Source: Leucoraja ocellata
Lineage: Eukaryota
DNA length: 64,000 nt
Direction: 5' to 3'
Assembly: GCA_036785375.1 (NCBI GenBank)
Contig: JAWMAR010000070.1
Span: 7,130,001-7,194,000, forward strand
Below, piece after piece: positions 13,135-24,400 of this stretch. The position numbers were made by a program, and so were the translations under genes. The notes under the pieces are model-generated. The model saw only the letters and a program-made list of their open reading frames with translations, was not told the DNA's origin and did no database searches. Positions within the stretch are counted from its first letter, which is position 1; every line of letters begins with the position of its first letter.

Positions 13135-13755
13135 TGAGAACAAGACCGACCCCGTCACCCTGTGTGGAGACTCTGGAGCTGGTAACCAACCCTGTGGATC
13201 CTTCAAGTGTCTGTGAGTGATGGGGGTGGGATTGTCTCTGTTCACTGTTCCCCCAGTTCAGAAGCCTGATAGCAGAGGGGAAGAAGCTGTTCCTGAGTCT
13301 GGTGGTGCGCGCTTTCAAGCTTCTGTACCGTCTGCTAGACAGGACCAGGAAGAAGGAGGAATGACTGGGGTGGGACAAGTGGTGGAGTCATAGAGTCACA
13401 GCGAGACCTTCGGCTCAACTTGCCCGCGCCCACCAACGTGTCCCCATCAATACTAGACCCACCTACCTGCGTTTGGCCCTTACCCCCCTAATCCTGTCCT
13501 ATCAATGTACCTGTCTAACTGTTTCTTAATCATTGTGACAGTACCTGCCTCAACTACCTCTTCCGGCAGCTCGTTCCAAACACCCTCCACCCTTTGTGTA
13601 AAAAAGTCACCCCTCAGTTTCCCATGAAATCTTTCCCCCCCTCGCCTTAAACCGATGTCCTCTGGTTCTCGATTCCCCAACTCTGGGCGGGTTCAGGGAA
13701 TGTCATCATGAATCCTACTGAGTTGCAATAAGGTGACCCATTGTTTCACCCACAG
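13135..13755 (+). other. Predicted non-coding exon 1 and ~550-bp intron of gene B1 (donor GTAACC 13182 or GTGAGT 13213; acceptor AG ends 13755)
   Basis: TSS expected ~30 nt after the TATA box. Consensus donors and a polypyrimidine-CAG acceptor 4 nt before the ATG. The intron is filled with LINE/SINE debris. Confidence 0.55.
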
Positions 13756-13759
13756 GAAC

Positions 13760-14299
13760 ATGGGACTGCAGAGATGGATAGGATTCATGGTCCTTGTGGA
13801 GATGGTGTGGCAAGTCTCCGTAACTGGAACAGGTCCGATCTCCAGAGAATGGGGAGAGGAAGCAAACTTGGCCGGGCGGAACGCACGGGCGTATTTCAAA
13901 GTCACCAATAAACCGCTTCCAAGATGCACGAACGAGTCAGATTCTGATGCCATCAGTCATCACCCATCACCGATTAACAAGAAGGTGCTCGTTGCATCTC
14001 TGGGCGGTTCTGTTACGTTGCCATGTAATATATCCATCCTTAAAAATCATTACAGGTTTGTTGAATGGATAAAAGATGGTGTTGAAATTGCCCATTTCCA
14101 TGAGAGAGCGTATGCGCATTATACGGGATCTGATGTTCACTGGAAGTTCGTTGATCACGACGTCTATGTGACTCAGGACGCCACGTTGCTCCTGACAGGT
14201 GTAAAAGAGGAAGATAAAGGGACGTATTCCTGTGTTTGGTCCGTGTATAGAGATAGACCGTTTTGTGAATTATTGATGCAGCTGATGATCTCTCACTGA
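13760..14299 (+). CDS. Secreted single V-set Ig-domain protein, type B copy 1 (179 aa)
   Basis: Same leader as type A. V-set motifs GGSVTLPC, VEWIKDG, DATLLLTGVKEEDKGTYSC and CELLMQLMIS. Acceptor TTGTTTCACCCACAG ends at 13755. Confidence 0.85.
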   Translation: MGLQRWIGFMVLVEMVWQVSVTGTGPISREWGEEANLAGRNARAYFKVTNKPLPRCTNESDSDAISHHPSPINKKVLVASLGGSVTLPCNISILKNHYRFVEWIKDGVEIAHFHERAYAHYTGSDVHWKFVDHDVYVTQDATLLLTGVKEEDKGTYSCVWSVYRDRPFCELLMQLMISH

Positions 14300-15142
14300 T
14301 TCAGCAGGGCCAGTCCCAGGGTCAGTAGCAAAGTCTAGTTTAGTTTAGTTTTGTTCAGAGGTACAACAGGGAAACAAGCCCTTCGGCCACAGAGTCAATG
14401 GGGACCAGTGATCACCCCATATACTAGTTCTATCCCACACACTAGATACAATTTACACTGACCAATTAACCTACAAACCTGCACGTCTCTGGGGTGTGGG
14501 ACGAAACCGGAGCACCCGGATTCCAAAGAGGAAGGAAGATTCCAAGGGGAGTTAGGGGCGACCGTGGCTGACAAGGGAAGTCAGGGACACTATCACAATA
14601 AAAGAGAACAGGTATAACGTTGCAAAGATGAGCGGAAAGCCAGGGGATTGGGTAACTCTTTTAAAGAGCAACAGAAGATAACTAAAAAAGCAATACGGGG
14701 AGAAATGATGAGGTATGAAGGTAAGATAGCCAAGAATAGTAAGGAGGATCGTAAAAGCTTCTTTAGATATGTGAAAAAAATTAGTTCAGACTAAAATTGG
14801 ACCTTTATAGACTAAAAACTTTGGATCCGTCTTCACTAAGGAGAACACAAACAATCTCCCTGATGTATTAGTGGTCAGAGGATCTGGGGACAACGGAGAG
14901 CCAGTGGATGTAGTGTACCTGGACTTGCAGGAAGTATTTGATAAGGTCCCACATAGGAGATTAGTGGGCAAAATTAGAGCACATGGTATTGGGGGAAGGG
15001 CCTGTTTCCATATTGTTTGACTCTGACACTAAGTAGGGAAGAGTAAAGGTATAAAGATGAGCAGCGTGGAAGGTGTGAGCGTGGATCGCATGCAGTGAGG
15101 AGAACTGACCTTGCTTGCTCCGGTAAATGTACGTTTAATGTA

Positions 15143-15259
15143 AATAAACTTTCTTCTGCCTGCCCTGAAGACAGCCGGTGTGAGTGATTCTTTGTACGCC
15201 AGCATTGAGTTGGGTGTGAACTTTGTGCAACTTTTGCTCACTACGGGCAACATCGCCGG
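15143..15259 (+). terminator. Poly(A) signal AATAAA (15143-15148) plus conserved GT-rich element of B1 (also 22278-22283 and 28847-28852)
   Basis: Same ~95-bp block as downstream of the type A genes, although the intervening 3' UTRs are unrelated. Confidence 0.55.
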
Positions 15260-15434
15260 ATTAAAGGGCCTGTCCCACGAGCATGCGACTCCATGCGGCA
15301 AGCGCGACCTAACGTGGTCACTTGAGCCGTACGGCCTCGCGGGGCCGGTCCCACTTTGATCGCCGGAGCCGTATGGAGTTGTGTGGAGCTGGTCCCGACA
15401 TCGCGCGGGGCTCTGAAAAACTGAATATGTTAGG

Positions 15435-15714
15435 ATATGGAAACAGGTTCTTCGGCCCACCGAGTCTAACCCAACCAGTGATCACCCCTACACTAGTTCT
15501 AACCTACACACTACGGACAATTTACTGAAGCCAATTAACCTACAAATCTACACATCTTTGTAATCTGAAAGGAAACCAGAGCACCCGGAGGAAACCCACG
15601 TGGTCACAGGGACAATGTACATACACTGTACAGACAGTGCCCGTAGTTACCATCGAAGGCGGGTCTCTAGCCCTGTAAGGCAGCAACTCTACCGCTGCGC
15701 CACTGTACCGCCCC
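15435..15714 (-). mobile_element. tRNA-derived SINE (HE1-like); related copies at ~22570-22850, ~29140-29418 and ~5800-6030
   Basis: Reverse strand begins GGCGGTACAGTGGCGCAGCGGTAGAGTTGCTGCC (A-box-like), with a degenerate B box and the TGTAGGTTAATTGGCTT core. Confidence 0.6.
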
Positions 15715-16502
15715 TGCATTGCCCTCGTGCATTGTTAGGGCTGCTGATTAGAGTCCAGTTTTGACCCTCGTTGGGTGTCAATTGTGGTTGTCAAGGAGCT
15801 TTCTTACCTCCGTATGGAGCCTGGTCTTCCAGTTATAGACCCACACCACCCTGGCCACACTCTCGTATCACCACTACTGAGGGGAAAGTACAGGAGCCTG
15901 AGAACCGTGAGCTCCAGGTTCAAGAGCAGCTTCTTCCCAGCAAGCACAAGGTTGTTGAACCAGCCTGCACAACCCCAACCATAACCCTACGCCACTCACC
16001 ACAACCCTACACAACCCTGATGGACACTGCACCACTGGTGATATAAAGTTACTGTGCAGACCAAGTGCAGATCCATTGGGTCTGCTCCCCCAACGCAATA
16101 TTCCACCACTCACCCGCTCCCCAACACTATATTCCACCACTCACTCATAGCCCCCAACTCTGGAGGCGCGGCTCATTTCGCCGCATCCCCTCTTCCTACT
16201 CTTCACCCTCCCTCTTCAATACCTAGAGGGAGAGAGGAGGGGGAGAGAAGGAGAGAGGCAGAGAGAAAGGAGGTAGAGAGAGAGTGGGAAGGGGTAGAGG
16301 GAGAAGGAGGGTGGTAGTGGGGGGGGGGGAGGGATTAAATACATTCTTCTCAAGCTTACCCCCAGTCTAGTTCAGTCAAAAACCACTGAGTCAAGCACTG
16401 GAACAACTAATCTTTATTTTTGGATTGTACATCAAATTCCCCTACACGATACCTAAACCACTGCGGGTTCAATCCTTGTATCTGCTTGGCCAAGCCCTTC
16501 AG

Positions 16503-18298
16503 GTCCCTTGCAGTCAGAAGCAAGTGAATTGATCATGGGGAACAAGGACATGGCAGACCAATTGAATAACTACTTTGGTTCTGTCTTCACTAAGGAAGAC
16601 ATAAATAATCTGCCGGAAATAGCAGGGGACCGCGGGTCAAATGAGATGGAGGAACTGAGTGAAATCCAGGTTAGCCGGGAAGTGGTGGTAGGTAAATTGA
16701 ATGAATTAAAAGCCGATAAATCCCCAGGGCCAGATAGGTTGCATCCCAGAGTACTTAAGGAAGTAGCCCCAGAAATAGTGGATGCATTAGTGATAATTTT
16801 TCAAAACTCTTTAGATTTGGAAGTAGTTCCTGAGGATTGGAGGGTAGCTAATGTAACACCACATTTTAAAAAGAGAGGGAGAGAGAAAATGGGGAATTAC
16901 AGACCAGTTAGTCTAACGTCGGTAGTGGGGAAACTGCTAGAATCAGTTATTAAAGATGGGATAGTAGCACATTTGGAAAGTGGTGAAATCATTGGACAAG
17001 GTCAGCATGGATTTATGAAGGGTAAATCATGTCTGACGAATCTTATAGAATTTTTCGAGGATGTAACTAGTAGAGTGGATAAGGGAGAACCAGTGGATGT
17101 GTTGTATCTGGACTTCCAGAAGGCTTTCAACAAGGTCCCACATAAGAGATTAGTATACAAACTTAAAGCACACGGTATTGGGGGTTCAGTACTGATGTGG
17201 ATAGAGAACTGGCTGGCAGACAGAAAGCAAAGAGTAGGAGTAAACGGGTCCTTTTCAGAATGGCAGGCAGTGACTAGTGGGGTACCGCAAGGCTCAGTTC
17301 TGGGACCCCAGCTATTTACGGTATATATTAATGATTTGGACGAGGGAATTGAATGCAACATCTCCAAGTTTGCGGATGACACAAAGCTGGGGGCAGTGTT
17401 AGCTGTGAGGAGGATGCTAGGAGGCTGCAAGGTGACTTGGATAGGCTGGGTTGGTGGGCAAATGCATGGCAGATGCAGTATAATGTGGATAAATGTGAGG
17501 TTATCCACTTTGGTGGCAAAAACAGGAAATTAGACTATTATCTGAATGGTGGCCGATTAGGAAAGGGGGAGATGCAACGAGACCTGGGTGTCATGGTACA
17601 CCAGTCATTAAAAGTAGGCATGCAGGTGCAGCAGGCAGTGAAGAAGGCGAATGGTATTTTAGCATTCATAGCAAAAGGATTTGAGTATAGGAGAAGGGAG
17701 GTTCTACTGCAGTTGTACATGCTCTTGGTGAGACCACACCTGGAGTATTGCGTACAGTTTGGTCTCTTAATCTGAGGAAAGACATTCTTGCCATAGAGGG
17801 AGTACAGAGAAGGCTCACCAGACTGATTCCTGGGATGTCAGGACTTTCATATGACGAAAGACTGGATAGACTCGGTTTGTACTCGCTAGAATTTAGAAGA
17901 TTGAGGGGGGATCTTATAGAAACTTACAAAATTCTTAAGGGGTTGGACAGGCTAGATGCAGGAAAATTGGTCCCGATGTTGGGGAAGTCCAGAACAAGGG
18001 GTCACAGTTTAAGGATAAGGGGGAAATCTTTTGGGGCCGAGATGAGGAAAACTTTTTTCACACAGCGTGGTGAATCTCTGGAATTCTCTGCCGCAGAAGG
18101 TAGTTGAAGCCAGTTCATTGGCTATATTTAAGAGGGAGTTAGATGTGGCCCTTGTGGCTAAATGGATCAGGTGGTATGGAGAGAACGCAGGTACAGGATA
18201 CTGAGTTGGATGATCTGCCATGATCATATTGAATGGCAGTGCAGGCTCGAAGGGCCGAATGGCCTACTCCTGCACCTGTACCTATATATGTTTCTATG
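16503..18298 (+). mobile_element. 5'-truncated CR1 LINE (frameshifted RT)
   Basis: RT motifs in ORFs 16508, 17437 and 17748. TTCAG TSD. Empty site at 23787-23791. Confidence 0.9.
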
Positions 18299-18967
18299 TT
18301 CAGCCTCGTGCAAGCAGAAACACTCCAAAAGGTCACGCTGTCCCAAGGATTCTTCCAGAAGATCGACAAAGGACCTCGTGGGGGCTGCCTTTTATAAGTC
18401 CCCGAACCTTGAGGGGCCGAACTACATAGGGGTGGTCTCTTTACAATCCAATCAAACATATTAATTACATCAGTATATTATAGACAGTTCCCCAGACCAC
18501 TAACAGATCCCACAACATTGTTTCAGGAGAAGCTTCTGGAAGATGCTAACTTAACTTGAATAATGCAACATTTACCCTGGAATTCAAACAAACCTGCCAG
18601 GGCTCAACACTTTAGCCAATCAACAAACAGTAGGATAACTGCCTGGCACATTATGTACAATATTTACAATGCTGTTACAGTAATCTAATCAACCATGCAT
18701 TTACACTTCATTGGAGGTCATCTCCATGCATCGAAATCGGTATCAAAACATGGGGGGGGCACAATTCCATGGCGGCACACATGCACACGCGTGCATGCGG
18801 CACACACGCGAGGATTCAGCCATGGGCCCTGTGGACGGTAACATCGGGAACTGACTTGGTTGGTGACCGACTCCGAACTCCAGCAACAGCAGCTTCGTCC
18901 GCCCGGAATCGTGGGGCTTGAATCGGCCCGTTCGCGGGGCCTTTCATCGCCCGGCGGGGGTTTCAAC

Positions 18968-19733
18968 ATTGGTATTGATGTGGATAGAGAACTGGCTGGC
19001 AGACAGAAAGCAAAGAGTAGGAGTAAACGGGTCCTTTTCAGAATGGCAGACAGTGACTAGTGGGGTACTGCAAGGCTCAGTGCTGGGACCCCAGCTATTT
19101 ACAATATATATTAATGATTTGAATGAGGGAGTTGAATGCAACATCTCCAAGTTTGCGGATGACACGAAACTGGGGGGCAGTGTTAGCTGTGAGGAGGACG
19201 CTAGGAGGCCGCAAGGTGACTTGGATAGGTTGGGTTAGTGGGAAAATGAATGGAAGATGCAGTATAATGTGGATAGATGTGAGGTTATCCATTTTGGTGG
19301 CAAAAACAGGAAAGTAGATTATTATCTGAATGGTGGCCGATTAGGAAAAGGGGAGATGCAACGAGACCTGGGTGTCATGGTACACCGGTCATTAAAAGTG
19401 GGCATGCAGGTGCAGCAGGCAGTGAAGAAAGAGAATGGTATGTTAGCTTTCATTGCAAAAGGATTTGAGTATAAGAGCAGGGAGGTTCTACTGCAGTTGT
19501 ACAAGGTCTTGGTGAGACCACACCTGGAGTATTGCGTACAGTTTTGGTCTCATAATCTGAGGAAAGACATTCTTGCCATAGAGAGAGTACAGAGAAAGTT
19601 CACCAGACTGATTCCTGGGATGGCAGGACTTTATGGCATACTGAGTTGGATGATCAGTATAATCATATTAAATGGCAGTGCAGGCTCGAAGGGCCGAATG
19701 GCCTACTCCTGCACCTATTTTCCATGTTTCTAT
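18968..19733 (+). mobile_element. CR1 RT fragment with internal deletion (paralogues at ~24454-25210 and, further deleted, ~32908-33125)
   Basis: [17 protein letters not shown]...FADD...RPHLEYCVQFW, followed by a CR1 tail. Confidence 0.85.
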
Positions 19734-20173
19734 GGGAGCCTCGATCGCCTCGATGCAGCAGTTTGATTTTAAGCCGCTTGGGCGCTGAAAGGCCCCGCGA
19801 ACGGGACGATTCTGCCCATAGAAAGCGTCTGATAAAGTCCGGAACACAAAACATGGGCGGGGGGGGAATCGTCCCCCACCTCCCAAAGCATAGGGGGACA
19901 TGCCCCCTGTCCCCCCCCCCCAGGATTCCTGCCCATGGCGGTCACGATGTCTCCTTCACCGCCGCAGTCTCGACGCCTCTATGATGGCCGCGAAAAACTC
20001 AGATCTCTGGGTTGACCAGAACGAGACGTGGTGGAGACACAAGCAGGATGTGTGGGGCGCCTGGTTGGCCGCTGGCAGCTGGGATGACGTTGTTCTTGTT
20101 AAACGTTAACGGCTGATGCAACGACACATTTGGCAGAGGGTGGAGAGGTCGCGGCTGACTCCGGCCAATGCTC

Positions 20174-20250
20174 CGTGGGAGGCAGTGATTGGTTGAATGT
20201 ACGTGAGGGCAGACAATGAGGGGCAGGAGAAGCCGGGAGTCGGTATAAAA
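20174..20250 (+). promoter_or_regulatory. Promoter of B2 (ERSE 20174-20192, TATA 20244-20250)
   Basis: Same cassette as B1. Confidence 0.6.
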
Positions 20251-20897
20251 GGAGCGAGCGATGGCAGGAGATGAGAACAAGACCGACCCCGTCACCCTGT
20301 GTGGAGACTCCGGAGCTGGTAACCAACCCTGTGGATCCTTCAAGTGTCTGTGAGTGATGGGGGTGGGATTGTCTCTGTTCACTGTTCCCCCAGTTCAGAA
20401 GCCTGATAGCAGAGGGGAAGAAGCTGTTCCTGAGTCTGGTGGTGCGCGCTTTCAAGCTTCTGTACCTTCTGCTAGACAGGACCAGGGAGAAGGAGGAATG
20501 ACAGGGGTGGGACAAGTGATGGAGTCATAGAGTCACAGCGAGACCTTCGGCCCAACTTGCCCGCGCCCACCAACGTGTCCCCATCAATACTAGACCCACC
20601 TGCCTGCGTTTGGCCCTTACCCCTCTAATCCTGTCCTATCAATGTACCTGTCTAACTGTTTCTTAATCATTGTGATAGTACCTGCCTCAACTACCTCTTC
20701 CGGCAGCTCGTTCCAAACACCCTCCACCCTTTGTGTAAAAAAAGTCACCCCTCAGTTTCCCATGAAATCTTTCCCCCCCTCACCTTAAACCGATGTCCTC
20801 TGGTTCTCGATTCCCCAACTCTGGGCGGGTTCAGGGAATGTCATCATGAATCCTACTGAGTTGCAATAAGGTGACCCATTGTTTCACCCACAGGAAC

Positions 20898-21434
20898 ATG
20901 GGGCTGCAGAGATGGATAGGATTCATGGTCCTTGTGGAGATGGTGTGGCAAGTCTCCGTAACTGGAACAGGTCCGATCTCCAGCGAATGGGGAGAGGAAG
21001 CAAACTTGGCCGGGTGGAATGCACGGGCCCCTCGGCAAGTCACCGATGAAACGCTTCCAAGATGCACGGACAAGTCAGATTCTGATGCCATCAGTCATCA
21101 CCTATCAACGATTAACAAGAAGGTGCTCGTTGCATCTCTGGGTGGTTCTGTTACGTTGCCATGTAATGTATCCAACGTTGACAATAGTCCCACGGTTACA
21201 TGGAAAAAAGATGGTGTTGAAATTGCCTATTTCCATAGTAGAGTGCATGAGCGTTATAAGGGATCTGATGTTCACTGGAAGTTCGTGCAACGAAACGTCC
21301 TTTGGGAACAGGACGCCACGTTGCTCCTGACAGGTGTAAAAGAGGAAGATAAAGGGACGTATTCCTGTGTTTGGATCAAGTATCGTCAGAAACCGTTTTG
21401 TGAATTATTGATGCAGCTGATGATCTCTCACTGA
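20898..21434 (+). CDS. Secreted single V-set Ig-domain protein, type B copy 2 (178 aa)
   Basis: Paralogue of 13760..14299 with near-identical frameworks and different loops. NARAPR/QV site present. Confidence 0.85.
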   Translation: MGLQRWIGFMVLVEMVWQVSVTGTGPISSEWGEEANLAGWNARAPRQVTDETLPRCTDKSDSDAISHHLSTINKKVLVASLGGSVTLPCNVSNVDNSPTVTWKKDGVEIAYFHSRVHERYKGSDVHWKFVQRNVLWEQDATLLLTGVKEEDKGTYSCVWIKYRQKPFCELLMQLMISH

Positions 21435-24400
21435 TTCAGCAGGGCCAGTCCCAGGGTCAGTAACAAAGTCTAGTTTAGTTTAGTTCCGTTCAGAGGTACA
21501 ACAGGGAAACAAGCCCTTCGGCCACAGAGTCAATGGGGACCAGTGATCACCCCATATACTAGTACTATCCCACACACTAGATACAATTTACACTGACCAA
21601 TTAACCTACAAACCTGCACGTCTCTGGGGTGTGGGATGAAACCGGAGCACCCGGATTCCAAAGAGGAAGGAAGATTCCAAGGGGAGTTAGGGGCGACCGT
21701 GGCTGACATGGGAAGTCAGGGACACTATCAAAATAAAAGAGACCAGGTATAACGTTGCAAAGATGAGCGGAAAGCCAGGGGATTGGGTAACTCTTTTAAA
21801 GAGCAACAGAAGATAACTAAAAAAGCAATACGGGGAGAAAAGATGAGGTATGAAGGTAAGATAGCCAAGAATAGAAAGGAGGATCGTAAAAGCTTCTTTA
21901 GATATGTGAAAAAAATTAGGTCAGACTAAAATTGGACCTTTATAGACTAAAAACTTTGGATCCGTCTTCACTAAGGAGAACACAAACAATCTCCCTGATG
22001 TATTAGTGGTCAGAGGATCTGGGGACAATGGAGAGCCAGTGGATGTAGTGTACCTGGACTTGCAGGAAGTATTTGATAAGGTCCCACATAGGAGATTAGT
22101 GGGCAAAATTAGAGCACATGGTATTGGGGGAAGGGCCTGTTTCCATATTGTTTGACTCTGACACTAAGTAGGGAATAGTAAATGTATAAAGATGAGCAGC
22201 GTGGAAGGTGTGAGCGTGGATCGCCTGCAGTGAGGAGAACTGACCTTGCTTGCACCGGTAAATGTACGTTTAATTTAAATAAACTTTCCTCTGCCTGCCC
22301 TGAAGACAGCCGGTGTGAGTGATTCTTTGTACGCCAGCATTGAGTTGGGTGTGAACTTTGTGCAACTTTTGCTCACTACGGGCAACATCGCCGGATTAAA
22401 GGGCCTGTCCCACGAGCATGCGACTCCATGCGGCAAGCGCGACCTAACGTGGTCACTTGAGCCGTACGGCCTCGCGGGGCCGGTCCCACTTTGATCGCCG
22501 GAGCCGTATGGAGTTGTGTGGAGCTGGTCCCGACATCGCGCGGGGCTCTGAAAAACTGAATATGTTAGGATATGGAAACAGGTTCTTCGGCCCACCGAGT
22601 CTAACCCAACCAGTGATCACCCCTACACTAGTTCTAACCTACACACTAGGGACAATTTACTGAAGCCAATTAACCATCAAATCTACACGTCTTTGTAATC
22701 TGAAAGGGAACCAGAGCACCCGGAGGAAACCCACATGGTCACAGGGACAATGTACATACACTGTACAGACAGTGCCCGTAGTTACAATCGAAGGCGGGTC
22801 TCTAGCGCTGTAAGGCAGCAACTCTACCGCTGCGCCACTGTACCGCCCCTGCATTGCCCTCGTGCATTGTTAGGGCTGCTGATTAGAGTCCAGTTTTGAC
22901 CCTCGTTGCGTGTCAATTGTGGTTGTCAAGGAGCTTTCTTACCTCCATATGGAGCCTGGTCTTCCAGTTATAGACCCACACCACCCTGGCCACACTCTCT
23001 TATCACCACTACTGAGGGGAAGGTACAGGAGCCTGAGAACCGTGAGCTCCAGGTTCAAGAGCAGCTTCTTCCCAGCAAGCACAAGGTTGTTGAACCAGCC
23101 TGCACAACCCCAACCACAACCCTACGCCACTCACCACAACCCTACACAACCCTGATGGACACTGCACCACTGGTGATGCCCCACGTACGTTGTCTTGTAC
23201 TATCATGGTCTGGTTTACTTGGAATAACTGAGACCTTATTGTGTACTTATGGTGTAAGTATATAATCATGATAGGCCAGGGTAGACAGTGGAGGGCTGCC
23301 ACTACAGAGCCACCCATAGACCTGATAGAATTATATAAAGTTACTGTGCAGACCAAGTACAAACCCAACGCAATATTCCACCACTCATCCATTCCCCAAC
23401 GCTATATTCCACCACTCACTCATAGCCCCTAATTGTGCAGGAGCGGCTCATTTCTCCGTTTCCCCTCTTCCTCCTCTTCACCCTCCCTCTTCAATACCTA
23501 GAGAGGGAGGAGGGGTAGAGGGAGGGCGTAGAGAGGGAGAGAGGCAGAGAGAAAGGGGGTAGAGAGAGAGTGGGAAGGGGTAGAGGGTGAGGGAGGGGGG
23601 GGGGGTAGAGTGGGGTGGTGGGATTAAATACATTCTTCTCAAGCTTACCCCCAGTCTAGTTCAGTCAAAAACCACTGAGTCAAGCACTGGAACAATTAAT
23701 CTTTATTTTTGGATTGTACATCAAATTCAACTACACGATACCTAAACCACTGCGGGTTCGATCCTTGTATCTGCTTGGCCAAGCCCTTCAGCCTCGTGCA
23801 AGCAGAAACACTCCAAAAGGTCACGCTGTCCCAAGGATTCTTCCAGAACATCGACAAAGGACCTCGTGGGGGCTGCCTTTTATAAGTCCCCGAACCTTGA
23901 GGGGCCGAACTACATAGGGGTGGTCTCTTTACAATCCAATCAAACATATTAATTACATCAGTATATTATAGACAGTTCCCCAGACCACTAACAGTCTCCC
24001 ACACATTGTTTCAGGAGAAGCTTCTGGAAGATGCTAACTTAACTTGAATAATGCAACATTTACCCTGGAATTCAAACAAACCTGCCAGGGCTCAACACTT
24101 TAGCCAATCAACAAACAGTAGGATAACTGCCTGGCACATTATATACAATATTTACAATGCTGTTGCAGTAATCCAATCAACCATGCATTTACACTTCATT
24201 GGAGGTCATCTCCTTGCACGGAAATCGGCATCAAAACATGGGGGTGCACAATTCCATGGCGGCACACATGCACACGTGTGCATGCGGCACACACGCGAGG
24301 ATTCGGCCATGGGCCCTGTGGACGGTAACATCGGGAGCTGACTTGGTTGGTGACCGACTCCGAACTCCAGCAACAGCAGCTTCGTCCGCCCCGAATCGTG

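Noticed and set aside
13124-13212. Upstream ATG (MAGDENKTDP...) that would be in frame if the GTGAGT donor is used
   Set aside because: It is only 17 nt from the start of the TATA box, so probably upstream of the TSS, and it would bury the signal peptide. It cannot be fully excluded without 5'RACE.
13733-13759. ORF-track start 'MTHCFTHRN' for the V genes
   Set aside because: It is a GTG start lying in the intron's polypyrimidine/acceptor tract. The real start is the ATG of MGLQRW.
13760-14400. Rearranging Ig/TCR/IgNAR V segments
   Set aside because: No heptamer-nonamer RSS, no split leader, no FGxG J motif and no C exons. The G strand and stop are germline-encoded.
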